This document shows positions 13,285-22,570 of a stretch of DNA of 64,000 nt, in pieces. Made by a program: the position numbers and the translations under genes. The DNA lies in assembly GCA_042408215.1 (NCBI GenBank), contig JAYFMW010000017.1, forward strand, positions 740,951-804,950, written 5' to 3'. Under the pieces are notes generated by a model. The model saw only the letters and a program-made list of their open reading frames with translations, was not told the DNA's origin and did no database searches. Each line of letters begins with the position of its first letter. The stretch's first letter is position 1. This stretch comes from Microcoleus sp. (GTDB taxonomy: Bacteria; Cyanobacteriota; Cyanobacteriia; Cyanobacteriales; Microcoleaceae).

Positions 13285-13795
13285 TTGACACTCCCCAGCT
13301 ATCAAGGCGTGGGGATTCTTGGTTCTAGCGACACACCTTAAAACTAGCTATCCTTGCGGCAATACTTAAACCAAATATCCGTTCAAAGGAACCAAAGATC
13401 GAGCCTAATTTAGTTAGTCCCAGAGGGTTTGATCTCCCCAAGCGTTCGAGAATTACTTCTCATGTTACCGGATGCCCTACGGTACGTTTTAACTTCCCAA
13501 AATTTACTTTTCTGATTTTGGCTTACATGAGTCAGCCTAGCTAGGTTTTTCGTGGTTTTCGCCACCCACTAACCATTATTGTTTTCCGACCCGTCGTTTG
13601 AGCTTAGTGTCTCATGTGTATCGGCGGTTATTCTACCTGTGGCCTAAGTATTATTCTACTCTATTTTAAAGAGAATGCAAGGAAATTTGAAAAATAGATA
13701 TTAAATGCTTGAATGCTTATCAGGTAGACCCTTAATTAAAGCCGTCCTATAAGGACGGGGCCCCGGCCTCCCGCTACGCTCCGCCCAATTTTGTG
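13285..13795 (-). mobile_element. non-coding IS605-type element carrying a TnpB omega-RNA scaffold (element A)
   Basis: TTAC target, CCGTCCTTATAGGACGG left hairpin, ACCGTAGGGCATCCGG..AACGCTTGGGGAGA scaffold, right end nearly identical to 9508-9542. Confidence 0.85.
13653..13680 (-). promoter_or_regulatory. putative sigma70 promoter inside element A
   Basis: TTGCAT-16 nt-TAGAAT upstream of the omega-RNA scaffold. Confidence 0.4.
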
Positions 13796-13885
13796 GTAAG
13801 GGTACGTTCCCTTGTGCCCCGTTGTGAGCGAAGCGAAGCAATCTGCGGATTACTACGAATTTTTGCTTGTATCATTCAGATACAT

Positions 13886-15574
13886 TTAATCCGGTAAATC
13901 CCGGACTAAGCCAGGAATAACCGTGTATGGCAAGACAGAGAAAGCAACAAGCTCTCCTGTCAAGGAGGTATCTCTCAAAGCTTTCAACAAAATATTGAAA
14001 GCGCCATTTTGATCTCTATCTAGAATGTGTCCGCATTCTGGACATTTAAAAACTTTAGACCCGCTCAATTTAGTATGGATCTGCCCACATTTTGAGCAAG
14101 TTTTCGATGTGTACTCTTCTGTTACGTCTACTACAACACCACCGTGTTTGGTGGCTTGATGCTTCAACATTTGTTGAAAACGATAATGACTCAAAGTGAC
14201 CATCGCTCTAGCGGTTTTAGTTGCCAACCTGCGCTTACCTTTCTTGACCATTTGTTGTGTCTCAAAGGTTGGCAAGAAAATTAACTTGTACTTACCTGTC
14301 AAATATTTTGCAGCTTTTTTGTGCAATTCATTGACTAAGTTTTTGATTTTGATTCTGATTTTTGCTGCGGATTTTCGCAAGCAATACCTCAGTCGCTTGA
14401 ATGGCCTTCCTTTACTTACCCCAATTCGCGACATTAATTTATCGAGATGTCTTGCTAGCCGATAGATGCGGCCAATATCGTTTTTCCCTATTTCGATGAA
14501 ACCACTGCCGTCAAAACCAGTAAGGAAAGTTCTAACACCCGGAGCTAACGCGATCGCCAAATCGCTATTGATTGGCTTCATACCTCGTGCATCAATCGCA
14601 TAGCAGATAAACCACTGCCTGTTAATCAAGCTGAGTGTTGGTTCGTGTTGCATTACCTCAACGATTGGTTCTGATGTTTTAAAGCTTAGCCCCTTGGTAG
14701 AAGTTGGGTAAAAAGTACCTAACTTCCAGTTAGATGTTTGGAACCGGATAGTCTCAGATGTGTCGAAACGGCTTCTAAACTTTGCCGTTCCCTTGACTTT
14801 CTTAGCAGCTTTGTGCGCTTCAAAAGCTTGAAATACTGCCATTTGTCGCGGATTGTAAGGCTGCTCGGATACCCACTTAGGAGCCGAGTCCATTACTTTC
14901 TTTCTTAAATCGTACTTGCCAATTTTTGCGTTTTTAAGAATAGCAATTGCTTGGTTGTAACACCACCTACTTGCTGAGAGCCAAGTCCTCCATTTCGCTG
15001 CTAGCTTGGTTTCCGGGTAAACTCGAATCTTCTTTGATAGCAGATTTGTATTTTCGCAGACCGTAGAGTCGGCAACTAAAGACGTGGATGATGGCAAGGA
15101 TATCTTCAACCATTTCTCGTTCTGGAGACAACTCATTTCTACTGAGAACCATGAGTTGGCAATTGTTTTGCTCGCAGATCCATTTGATGAGATCGCCACC
15201 GAACCTTGCGAGTCTGTCTTGGTGTCCGACCACAACTGCCGAGATATCTCCTGACATGACTTGTCCCAGAAGGGCAAGCAGCGCTTTTCTTTTAAAGTTG
15301 AGTCCGCCTCCGATGTCTTTGAAGACTTTAGCTTGCGGATAGAGACTTTGGAGGTAGCTGACTTGTCTGTCGAGGTCTTCTCGCTGTTTGTAGCTACTGA
15401 CCCTGGCGTAGATGGCTGTAATTCGGTCGTGTCCGGTTCCAAGAACGCTGTCGATGTCGTAGCGTCGCTGGTTGGATGGGGTTCTGATGGCTGATATTTT
15501 GTCGGCAAGTTCCCAGTTTCTAAGGGTTTTATCTGAGACTTGCAGGATTTTGCAAGCTTCTCGCGGTGTGACAT
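13886..15574 (-). CDS. tnpB: IS607 TnpB of the Fanzor-related clade, RuvC-I Asp replaced by Ala (start uncertain)
   Basis: KKIRVYP, SRWCYNQA, IALAPGVRTF, VTEEYTSKTCSKCG..CPECG, DRDQNGAFNI. Confidence 0.88.
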   Translation of the reverse strand: MSHREKLAKSCKSQIKPLETGNLPTKYQPSEPHPTSDATTSTAFLEPDTTELQPSTPGSVATNSEKTSTDKSATSKVSIRKLKSSKTSEADSTLKEKRCLPFWDKSCQEISRQLWSDTKTDSQGSVAISSNGSASKTIANSWFSVEMSCLQNEKWLKISLPSSTSLVADSTVCENTNLLSKKIRVYPETKLAAKWRTWLSASRWCYNQAIAILKNAKIGKYDLRKKVMDSAPKWVSEQPYNPRQMAVFQAFEAHKAAKKVKGTAKFRSRFDTSETIRFQTSNWKLGTFYPTSTKGLSFKTSEPIVEVMQHEPTLSLINRQWFICYAIDARGMKPINSDLAIALAPGVRTFLTGFDGSGFIEIGKNDIGRIYRLARHLDKLMSRIGVSKGRPFKRLRYCLRKSAAKIRIKIKNLVNELHKKAAKYLTGKYKLIFLPTFETQQMVKKGKRRLATKTARAMVTLSHYRFQQMLKHQATKHGGVVVDVTEEYTSKTCSKCGQIHTKLSGSKVFKCPECGHILDRDQNGAFNILLKALRDTSLTGELVAFSVLPYTVIPGLVRDLPD

Positions 15575-15584
15575 ATCTGGTCAT
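14967..15584 (-). CDS. tnpA: IS607 serine recombinase TnpA
   Basis: MerR-like HTH (VSDKTLRNW), IYARVSS..Q catalytic motif, DRLARFG. Confidence 0.95.
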   Translation of the reverse strand: MTRYVTPREACKILQVSDKTLRNWELADKISAIRTPSNQRRYDIDSVLGTGHDRITAIYARVSSYKQREDLDRQVSYLQSLYPQAKVFKDIGGGLNFKRKALLALLGQVMSGDISAVVVGHQDRLARFGGDLIKWICEQNNCQLMVLSRNELSPEREMVEDILAIIHVFSCRLYGLRKYKSAIKEDSSLPGNQASSEMEDLALSK

Positions 15585-16074
15585 CGCTAGATGGTATTTT
15601 TGTTCTCAATACATAGTACCAGATTTTACAGGGATTTACCAAAACTTTCTAGGAAATCATTTACTTTGTGTCATTCAGTCTTGATGATAGACTTACTGCA
15701 CTGTTTAACGAGTTATCGTTGCTCGTGGTCTTTTCTATTTCCCAAGCTGTCCTGTGGCACTGTTTGGGCCATATTTGTCGGGCCGGTCTGGGCGGATTAT
15801 AACCTGAAACCAACTAGATTGTAGCATTTAAAGTCCCCCTAGAAGGGGGAGGCTTTAAACCCAATTTTTCGGTAATTAGCGTGTAGAACTGTATTTAGCT
15901 GGATCTTTTAAGATTTAGCTCACAATAAATCTCGTTAACACTAAACGGATTGATTGGCTGCATATGTTAACTTATATTAACACAAAAACGGCTGTCTCAC
16001 CGAATCGATCGCCAAGAAAGTAGCGTCATGGGGGAGACCGATGCAGGTTAGCCTAGTGTACAAGATAGTTTTAT

Positions 16075-16384
16075 CAGAAAATTGGGTAGAAAACCCCGTC
16101 CTTATAGGACGGCTTTTTCTACGACTCGTGCTCAGTCAGAAATCCGCATGGAGTTGGGTAGACATATCCACGCACCCACCTGTGTGTGGTAGAGTAAATG
16201 CATCAGACAAGATTTAAAAACCTACCCCTGGACTGGGGGAAAGTATACGCCCAAAACACTTTTGAGGAGATCTGACTACACACATTTTTGTGCAAACGTG
16301 GTCAGCGAAAGGAACCCTAGAAATAGGGATATTAAGACTGAAATGTCTTAAGAATCCTCGGGCCTGTATGCCGAGGAGTGTCAA
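16075..16384 (+). mobile_element. non-coding IS605-type element (310 bp)
   Basis: TTAT target, left end like 8198, right end AAGAATCCTCGGGCCTGTATGCCGAGGAGTGTCAA; no ORF. Confidence 0.85.
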
Positions 16385-16399
16385 AGAGAATTTTGTCAT

Positions 16400-17650
16400 A
16401 TGTATGCTCAAAACCAAATGCAATGGGTCAGCGCTTTATCAACCCGTCCCTCTTTAGAATCAGCCCTCAAAGAAGTTGTAGAACAAGCTGAGCGATCGCT
16501 AGAAGGCCCCGCAGATTTAGGTCTGATCTTTATCTCGTCTGCCTTTGCTTCGGAGTATTCTCGGCTGATGCCTTTACTCGCAGAATTACTGCCGATTCCG
16601 GCTCTGATTGGCTGCGGGGCGATCGGGATCGTTGGTACCAATCAGGGCGGCGTTACCGAAGAAGTAGAGGGTTCTCCAGCCGTCAGCTTGACTCTGGCGC
16701 GCTTGCCGGGAGTGAATGTCAGAACTTTTCACGTCGGTGGCGAACAACTGCCGGATTTAGACAGTCCCCCAGATACTTGGGTGGATCTCTTGGGTGTCCC
16801 GGCAGAGGAAGAACCGCAGTTCATCATCTTAGCCGATCCCTTTTCGTCAAAAATTAACGACCTGCTGCAAGGGCTAGATTATGCCTATCCGGGCGCGCCG
16901 AAGGTAGGGGGACTGGCGGGCGGGGACGGTAGCAGGGGTACGGCGCTGTTCTGCAACTATCAGCTTTACCGAGAAGGGACGGTTGGGGTGGCTTTGAGCG
17001 GCAATATTGTTTTGGAGACGATCGTTGCTCAAGGTTGTAGACCGATCGGGCGTCCCTATCGGGTGACGGAAGGAGAGCGCAATATTTTGCTCAAACTCGA
17101 AGAACAAACCGACGATTCAGGGTTCGGGGGGACTGGGCGATCGCCCTTAGAATCCCTGCGAGAGTTGGTGCAAACTTTGAGCGAAAAAGACCGAGAATTA
17201 GCCCAGCACTCGCTATTTGTAGGCTTAGTGAGCGATGAATTCAAGGTTCTATTAGAGCCTGGAGATTTTTTAATCCGAAATCTGTTGGGGGTAGATCCGA
17301 AAGTGGGAGCCATTGCGATCGGCGATCGAGTCCGTCCTGGACAGCGGATTCAATTTCACCTCCGGGACGCCCGCACCTCCGCAGAAGACCTAGAAATGCT
17401 GCTAGAACGCTATCAGCGATCGGGCGAATACAGGGGTAAATCCAGTGCCGGTGCCTTGATGTTCTCTTGTCTAGGGCGTGGCGAAGGGCTTTACGGCGAG
17501 CCCAACTTTGACTCGCGGCTTTTTAGTCGATACCTCAACAACATCCCCCTGAGTGGCTTTTTCTGCAACGGCGAAATCGGCCCCGTCAGCGGAAACACCT
17601 TTCTGCACGGCTACACCTCCGTATTTGGGATTTGCCGCCAAAATTCATAA
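16400..17650 (+). CDS. FIST N/C domain protein
   Basis: VGGLAGG, VAQGCRPIG, MFSCLGRG, GFFCNGEIGP. Confidence 0.92.
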   Translation: MYAQNQMQWVSALSTRPSLESALKEVVEQAERSLEGPADLGLIFISSAFASEYSRLMPLLAELLPIPALIGCGAIGIVGTNQGGVTEEVEGSPAVSLTLARLPGVNVRTFHVGGEQLPDLDSPPDTWVDLLGVPAEEEPQFIILADPFSSKINDLLQGLDYAYPGAPKVGGLAGGDGSRGTALFCNYQLYREGTVGVALSGNIVLETIVAQGCRPIGRPYRVTEGERNILLKLEEQTDDSGFGGTGRSPLESLRELVQTLSEKDRELAQHSLFVGLVSDEFKVLLEPGDFLIRNLLGVDPKVGAIAIGDRVRPGQRIQFHLRDARTSAEDLEMLLERYQRSGEYRGKSSAGALMFSCLGRGEGLYGEPNFDSRLFSRYLNNIPLSGFFCNGEIGPVSGNTFLHGYTSVFGICRQNS

Positions 17651-17653
17651 TTT

Positions 17654-18058
17654 GTTGACTGATGACTAATGACTGTTGACTGATGACTGATGACTGATGA
17701 CTGATGACTGTTGACTGATGACTGATGACTGATGACTGATGACTGATGACTGATGACTGATGACTGATGACTGATGACTGTTGACTCTTGACTGTTGACT
17801 GATGACTGTTGACTGATGACTGTTGACTGATGACTCTTGACTAATGACTCTTGACTGTTGACTGATGACTCTTGACTCTTGACTGTTGACTGATGACTGT
17901 TGACTAATGACTGTTGACTAATGACTGTTGACTAATGACTGTTGACTAATGACTGTTGACTAATGACTGTTGACTAATGACTAATGACTGTTGACTAATG
18001 ACTGTTGACTAATGACTAATGACTGTTGACTAATGACTAATTACTAATTACTAATGAC
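17654..18058. repeat. ~400-bp STRR heptamer array (TGACTGA/TGACTGT/TGACTAA/TGACTCT)
   Basis: Directly visible tandem 7-mers. Confidence 0.95.
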
Positions 18059-18060
18059 CA

Positions 18061-18098
18061 AAAAGTAAAAGCGGCAGTCGCCTGCCGCTTTTACTTTT
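18061..18098. terminator. bidirectional intrinsic terminator
   Basis: AAAAGTAAAAGCGGCAG-TCGC-CTGCCGCTTTTACTTTT between convergent genes. Confidence 0.85.
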
Positions 18099-18117
18099 AA
18101 CTAGATATCGGGAAACC

Positions 18118-20220
18118 TTAGAAACTAAAGGTTGTCCGCAGGACTCCGACCCAGATATCCTCGTTTTTGTTGTTGTGTTCGGGATTCAGAATCACATAAA
18201 CGCCCGGTGTCACGGAAATAAAGTCATTGACTTGGAAGCGATAGAAACCCTCTAGGTGATAAGAGGTGTCTTGATCTTTCTGCCGGCTACCATTCGCTGC
18301 TCTGAAAGTGCTGTCGGTAACTTTCGGCGGCACACCAAACACGAAACCTAGCAGATTACCACTCTTGCCAAAATCTGGGAAAGCCAAATTCACAGCATAG
18401 TTGATGACGGTAGCTTCTCGGTTTCTGTTAAGAACACCGACGCTGTGGTCATTTTCTTGTTCAGCCTTTGTGTAACCGATCCAACCGCCAAGCTGAAAGC
18501 GACTGCTTGGTTTGATGTTAGCTTGCAGACCAAAGTTATTGGATGCGGTGGCTGATTGACCGAAGGGCCGGTTAGCCAAGGAACTGCCGGTGCTACCTGT
18601 CAGGCCAACATTACCGGATCGATCGTATTTGCGGTTGTAACTCAGACCAAGGTCAAATGCTTTGCCCACAGACAGGTTGAGCTGACCGATCGCGCTGAAA
18701 GAACCGTCAAAAACGCCCCGACCGTTTGCGGGGTTGGGAGCATCGCCGTCGGAAGCAAGATAGCCTACTGTGGCTGTCAGAGCCTTGCCCAAGCTGTAAT
18801 TCACAGCAGCACCTGCTCCTTCGGGGCCGCGGAAGATGGCTGGGTTGTAACGTCCAAACCTGGAGATAGAACCGTTACCACCATCTCCAAAGGGAGTAGT
18901 CAGAGGAGCAACATCATCCAGATTCAATCCTTTGGGCCCTAACCAGACTGTAGCGTTGCCTACTGGGAAGCGATATAACACCTTATCGAGTGTGAACGAG
19001 TTGTTATCATTTTGGCCGTCAACGCCGAGGCGAGCCATGTTGGTGCCAGTGGCAGTGGCGGCACCGTAGTTGGGGATGTTGATAGCTTGCAAGCGGGTTC
19101 TGAGCAAGTCCTTGCCGGTGAAGCTGGTGTCGAAGTTCAACCGCACTCGGTAGCCGAAGGTGGTAGAGGTTTTGTCGTCTTTAAGGCCTACACCATCTCC
19201 AAAGGTGTCGCTAGCCAGAAAGATTACTTCTCCTTTCAACTTGGTGGTGGTGGAGAACTGATTGGCTTCGAGTTCTGCGGTGCGGGCTTCTAGGCCGTCT
19301 ACTCGTCCGCGCAGGGTAGCGAGTTCGACTGCAAATTCTTCTTGCAGGCGTTGCAGAACTGCTAAGTCGTCTTTGGTGACGAAGTTACCTGTTGACGAGC
19401 CGATTAGCTTAGTTACTTGGTCTAAGCAAGCGTTAACGCCGGCGGCAAATTCGTAGCGGGTGAGGGCGCGGTTGCCGCGGTAGGTGCCGTCGGGATAGCC
19501 TACGATACAACCGTAGCGCTCGACTAGGGATTGTAGGGCTTGGAATGCCCAGTCTGTCGGCTTCACGTCGGAGAGCTGGGAAACTGATGTCACTTGGGAC
19601 ATGGCTCCCGACTGTTGAGTCTGCTGTCCTTGGGGAGCGGCGGGGACGATCGGGCCGCCCATGCCGGCCGGGGAAGTCTGAGCCAGTTCGACCTTCGCAG
19701 CAGTGGTGCTGGCGACTGTTGGCAGTTGACTGTTCTGGGAAGCTTGAGTCTGGCTGCTTTCTACCGCCAAGTCTGATGCTTGGGGCAAGGGTGCAGCGGC
19801 TGTCGCTGTGTTGGCGGGAGCGCTTTCTACGGCTGACTGGATGACGCTGTTTGTAGCTGGCAGTGCCGGGGCGCTGGTGTCTGGTTCGATCGAGGCCAGT
19901 TTTTCAGCTTCGGCTGGTTTAGCGTCTAATGCTGGGGCGATCGCTGCTGGTTCTGAAGTTGGCACCGCTTCGATCGACTCGGAGAGCTCATCGCTACTGT
20001 TTAGCGCCTGGGTATCCGAAGTAGCAGGCGATGCTGCAATGGTTTCTGCAACTGATGCTGCAATTGTTGACTCAGATGGCCCAGCTGCGGCTAGCTGGCT
20101 GGCCTCAGACGTTGCTGGGGCTTCTACAGCGATTGCTGCTGCACAAGCGACTGACGATAATCCCAGAATAGCTGGGGAAGCTAGCAGTAAATTCAAAAAA
20201 GTTTTGTTCATTTTCCTCAC
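18118..20220 (-). CDS. SLH-domain OprB-type outer-membrane porin (SomA / iron-uptake porin family)
   Basis: QVTSVSQLSDVKPTDWAFQALQSLVERYGC, QFSTTTKL, terminal LRTTFSF. Confidence 0.95.
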   Translation of the reverse strand: MRKMNKTFLNLLLASPAILGLSSVACAAAIAVEAPATSEASQLAAAGPSESTIAASVAETIAASPATSDTQALNSSDELSESIEAVPTSEPAAIAPALDAKPAEAEKLASIEPDTSAPALPATNSVIQSAVESAPANTATAAAPLPQASDLAVESSQTQASQNSQLPTVASTTAAKVELAQTSPAGMGGPIVPAAPQGQQTQQSGAMSQVTSVSQLSDVKPTDWAFQALQSLVERYGCIVGYPDGTYRGNRALTRYEFAAGVNACLDQVTKLIGSSTGNFVTKDDLAVLQRLQEEFAVELATLRGRVDGLEARTAELEANQFSTTTKLKGEVIFLASDTFGDGVGLKDDKTSTTFGYRVRLNFDTSFTGKDLLRTRLQAINIPNYGAATATGTNMARLGVDGQNDNNSFTLDKVLYRFPVGNATVWLGPKGLNLDDVAPLTTPFGDGGNGSISRFGRYNPAIFRGPEGAGAAVNYSLGKALTATVGYLASDGDAPNPANGRGVFDGSFSAIGQLNLSVGKAFDLGLSYNRKYDRSGNVGLTGSTGSSLANRPFGQSATASNNFGLQANIKPSSRFQLGGWIGYTKAEQENDHSVGVLNRNREATVINYAVNLAFPDFGKSGNLLGFVFGVPPKVTDSTFRAANGSRQKDQDTSYHLEGFYRFQVNDFISVTPGVYVILNPEHNNKNEDIWVGVLRTTFSF

Positions 20221-21737
20221 ACCGTCACACTCTACTCGACTTGAGCAGCAAGTCCCAACTGCTATTTTTTGTAGTTGCCTGCCCGTTCACAATAACTTCT
20301 ACAGCTTGCGAGCCAATTCTGTCAAGCTTTTTAACCTGATTTTAAAGCTCACTGCCCTACGGGAGGGGATTTTCCCGGATTGGTTTTCCCGCATTGCTGG
20401 GGAACCGAGGATTTAAGGCTGGCTGGTAGATGTACGCTGAACCTGTCAAATTTCCGGCTTGACAACTTGATGATTTTCTGATCCCCCCAGCAGTCGGGAC
20501 TTGTCGGCGCGATCGCCAATTTTTAAACTGCTGGGAGTGAGTTTACTTGCAGGCTATTTTAACACAATTTTTGATATTTTCTGGAAGTCGCAGCAGACTG
20601 AATGTCTGTTAGCTGAAACTAGACTTTTGCCCCCTTCCTATGTAGTCTGTTTTGACCCGTTAATTTTTGGGGGCCGTGGTCGGTTCTGGGTTCTGGTTTC
20701 CCCTGTCATCGATTCAGCTACCAAAGTAGCAATTGATTCTCCATTTTGTCAAGGCCATAAGTAATCGCAACAGGTGCGTTCGGCTAGGATAAAATTGTAT
20801 ATTTGGACCAAGGCAATCGACCTTTGTATGCCATGCTACATTTAGGTGTGGCATCTATCAATTTTTATCGAAAATCAAGGGCAGTTTTTCCGAGTAGTAA
20901 GGTGGCTACTAGGATGGTTTTTTCGCTTCGTTAATGGGGATTTTACGGGATCGCGACAATTCTGGGATTTTATACTCAGTTAACGGGTGGAGTTTTGTCC
21001 GGTGCTGTCAGTTCTGAAGCCGAGATTTGGTGGAATCCAGGAATGGGGCAGAGAAAATCCTGCCATTGCTCGCAGTATCAATCTGGCAGCAAAACCCCTG
21101 GTTGTCAGTGTTTTATCGGAAGTTACTCTAGGAAATGTACGATCGATGAGTCATTTGTTCGCATCGAAAGTGCGGCTGGAATTGTTCCTAAATCCACAAT
21201 TGCAGAGTGAGATTATATTGGTTTACAAGTCAACTATATCTCAGATTAATAATCATTTTAGTGAGGTTTGTGTCTAGGTGAGGTAAGGCTTTTAGCGTTA
21301 AAATAGCCAATATCCAGAAGTCAAAAATAGAACTGGTGGCGCGGAGTAAAAACAGCACTTTTGGGCTGGAAAAGTTAGTAGAAAAGTGATGATTTATGGA
21401 AGATTTATGCCTAATTGTGACCTGCTGTGATTAAGATTATTTATTTGCTAAGGGTTGCTGCGCTAGCATCAGGTATTTCCTGGGAGATGTGCCGATTTGT
21501 CTGTTGATTGATGGCCAGTTTTATGTCAGTGATTTGGAAAAGTCTTACGGGGTACGAGCGATCGCACCTTAGTTTCTGAGGAGGTTCTCAGAAAAAGAAG
21601 TTTTGGTTGGGGCCAAACTAAGATGATTGCTTTCGGGGAAAGTCCTTGGTCAATTTTTTTGAGGTTGGATGCGGATGAGTAAATCTACTTAATTAAACCT
21701 AAGATACAGGTGGCTAAAAAGCTTGCTGTATGAGCAT

Positions 21738-21837
21738 TCTTCCTTCTTCCTTCTTCCTTCCCGGCGTTAAATCCGTTAAATCCGTTAAATCCGTTAAATC
21801 CGTTACAGAATCCGTTGCCGAACTTCCTTCTTCCTTC
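21738..21837. repeat. TTCTTCC / AAATCCGTT composite repeat
   Basis: Tandem 7-mers and 9-mers; 35-bp inverted copy at 53369-53403. Confidence 0.8.
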
Positions 21838-21843
21838 TACTTA

Positions 21844-22512
21844 CAATCGTCTGGGGTGATGTTCTCAAATTGGCTAATTTTCGGGAATTTGATTTTATTG
21901 TAGATCGGGCTTGTTACGATTACTCGGATGCAGAGGTTTCGGAGTTTTTCTTTGATATTCATGGTGTTGAGCAGCATTTACCCGATTTTCGCTGGTCGGA
22001 ATCTCGATCGAATTATTTCTGTACTGGTACTTTTTTTGCGAAGCGGGGTGTTTTTAGCTGAGAGGAATATGTAGAAATTTTAGATTTTACGGCGGGAAAT
22101 CCGGGAATATTTAAGTACGGAGAAATGGGATCTTTAAACTTTATTTAAACTTGATGATTTTTCGGGCGGCTCAGGAAAATAGGCTGCGGGTGCAAAATGT
22201 GATATGCAGTTGTTGGTGCTGGATTTTGACTAAGATTTGCCGATCGAGCGGTTTCCGGTTGAGTCAAGTGGGCCTGGGGGCGATCGCGATCGAGCGACTG
22301 TGATTCACTGGTGCGGGCCGAAACCGACTTTATCTACATCTAAAGTTTACTCCGAACCGATAAATTTTTGTCGCCGGAAGTGTCAGGAGGATGTTTGGGG
22401 CCGTACTGGTGTGGCTGCTTCAATGCAGTTGCATATTGAGGATTGGCTGCGATCGATCTATGTGTATAAGAATAAGTTTAAGAAGAAGTTTCGACAGTTG
22501 GCGGGGAAGTAG
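21844..22512 (+). pseudogene. degraded glycosyltransferase-like gene (GT8-like)
   Basis: Fragments TIVWGD..YFCTGTFF..EMGSLN..VIHWCGPKP interrupted by stops and frameshifts. Confidence 0.5.
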
Positions 22513-22570
22513 AATTTTGCAACCGCCGATTTAAGCGGATGAACGGGGATGCACGCGGATTAATTTCAGG

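Larger units (their letters stand above)
13877..15678 (-). mobile_element. IS607-family element (serine recombinase + TnpB)
   Basis: tnpA-tnpB pair bounded by CTGAATGA(T/C)ACAA at both junctions; short repeats near the ends. Confidence 0.85.
12800..15871 (-). mobile_element. non-autonomous IS605-type host element (element D) interrupted by three insertions
   Basis: TTAC target and left end AAATTGGGTTTAAAGCCTCCCCCTTCTAGGGGGA at 15871; right-end hairpin CCTCG-TACCTAAAGGT-CGAGG near 12800; omega-RNA scaffold reconstitutes after removing inserts. Confidence 0.65.

Noticed and set aside
19808..20416. Antisense ORF over the porin, and similar shadow ORFs over atpD, the kinases and coaBC
   Set aside because: Reverse-frame shadows of well-supported genes
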